DNA of 63,435 nt, filler included, from Chiloscyllium plagiosum (taxonomy: Eukaryota): assembly GCF_004010195.1 (NCBI RefSeq). It is 5 parts of one record of this genome, joined end to end, with 100 filler letters (N's around TTAATTAATTAA, not from the genome) between each part and the next. Parts side by side here need not be neighbours in the genome. Positions count along the whole stretch, not along the records: positions 61,554 to 63,435 come from NC_057712.1; 4 more parts are not named here. One strand, given 5' to 3'. Each line of letters opens with the position of its first letter. The stretch's first letter is position 1. The notes under the pieces are model-generated. The model saw only the letters and a list, made by a program, of their open reading frames with translations. It searched no databases and was not told where the DNA came from. The position numbers were made by a program, and so were the translations under genes. This document shows positions 62,071-63,435 of the stretch, one piece after another.

Positions 62071-63435
62071 GCTCCTTCTTTTGAGGTATTTTAGGTGTTG
62101 GAGGTGATTTCCTCGAATTCCAGGAGCAGCAATTACTGTTTTATATGCTGTTGCATTGTTTTGGAACTTGTGAAAAAAAAAAGTGAAAACAACAGCAGCT
62201 TTAAAAGGGAGAAGAACAGACAAAGGAAGCACATGGTGATGTCAGTGCAGAAGAGAGAGAGAACCTACACAGTTACCGCCTTTGCTGTTTGAATTCGTGT
62301 ACCACTGGACATCGGAGTGCATCTGGGAAAATTAACAAACAGTGAAATTCACAGCTAATCTTGGAGGAACTGTTTGGGCGAAGTTCACAGCTAAGTTAAT
62401 TGTTGTTTTAAGTCTGCCCAAGAGAAAGGCTGCAGTAGTGAGTATAGTGGATTCTTTCTTGATTATATGTTTTTGGAGGTAAGTCTCTTGATTAAACTTA
62501 AATTAATAGCTATGGCTTATATTTTAACGTGGGGCAGTATTTGTAGAGGAATAAGACGGTGTTATTTTCTGGGTCTGTAGATTGTGAAGGAGCAAAAATG
62601 GCCTTTGCAGTGATATGTACTTCTTGTCAGATGTGGGAGTTTAAAGAGAGTTTAAGGGTTACTGCGGATTATATCTGCCATAAATGCTGTTGGATGCGAA
62701 TCTTATCAGATCGAGTGGATCGGTTGAAGAGACAGATAGAAGCGATTAAGAATTTGCAACAGCAACAGTATGTGATGGATGGCAGTTATAGGAAGGGGGG
62801 AAAGTCTCAAATACAGTCACATAGATGGGGTTAACTCCAGGAAGGGTGAGAGAGGTCGGCACCTAGGGCAGGAGTCTTTTGTGGATATACCCTTTTCAAA
62901 CGGGTATGCTGTTTTGGAAAATGTAGGGGGTGATGGCTTCTCAGGGGAACGCAGCACAAACAGCCAAGTTTCTGGTATTGAGACTGGCTCTAATGCAATG
63001 AGGGGTACGTCGGCTTCCAAGAGATCAATTGTGTTAGGGGATTCTCTAGTTCGAGATACAGACAGACGTTTCTGTGGACAGCAGAGAAAAAGCAGAATGG
63101 TGTGTTGTTTCCCTGGTGCCAGGATCAAGGATGTCTCAGAGAGGGTGCAGAATGTTCTTATGGGGGAGAGGGGCCAGCAAGAGGTCATTTTTCATATTGG
63201 AACCAACGATGTAGGAAGGGAAAAGGTTGAGATTCTGAAGGGAGATTACAGAGAGTTAGGCAGAAATTTAAAAAGGAGGTCCTCAAGGGTAGTAATATCT
63301 GAATTACTCCCAGTGCTACGAGCTAGCGAGGGCAGGAATAGGAGGATAGAGCAGATGAATGCATGGCTGAGGAGCTGGTGTATGGGAGAAGAATTCACAT
63401 TTTTGGACCATTGGAATCTCTTTTGGGGTAGAAGT
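62071..63435 (+). mobile_element. CR1 5'UTR and ORF1 (zinc finger, coiled coil, SGNH esterase), one frameshift
   Basis: ATG 62598 MAFAVICTSCQMWE...YICHKC, then IVLGDSLVR, CFPGARIKDV and IFHIGTND. Confidence 0.93.

Noticed and set aside
61498..62232. 244-aa ORF
   Set aside because: Consists almost entirely of N-derived X residues.

Overview
This is non-coding eukaryotic DNA, dense in repeats, from a cartilaginous fish. A carpet or bamboo shark is my inference from the HE1-type V-SINEs and the matching HER1/CR1 LINE tails. I recognise no intact host protein-coding gene, rRNA or true tRNA. Almost every recognisable ORF in the track is a retrotransposon fragment. The window holds many CR1 LINE pieces (ORF1 zinc-finger/SGNH esterase, ORF2 endonuclease/RT), 8 HE1 SINEs, a second tRNA-derived SINE family, Rex1/Babar and L2 remnants, a solo LTR, and a decayed Harbinger-type Myb/SANT gene that keeps its intron. 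The most striking system is a set of Penelope-like element (PLE) pieces from several families. Many are tiny fold-back (inverted-repeat) insertions with 10-15 bp target-site duplications (TSDs), and they carry minimal hammerhead ribozyme cores (CTGAnGA...GAAA plus a palindromic stem III). Other leads are a recurring splice-site layout in CR1 5' UTRs, a few weak candidate + strand exons, and a possible conserved non-coding element near 52.6-53.6 kb. Four 100-bp gaps contain an artificial TTAATTAATTAA linker. All calls were made by eye without searches, and boundaries of old repeats are approximate.
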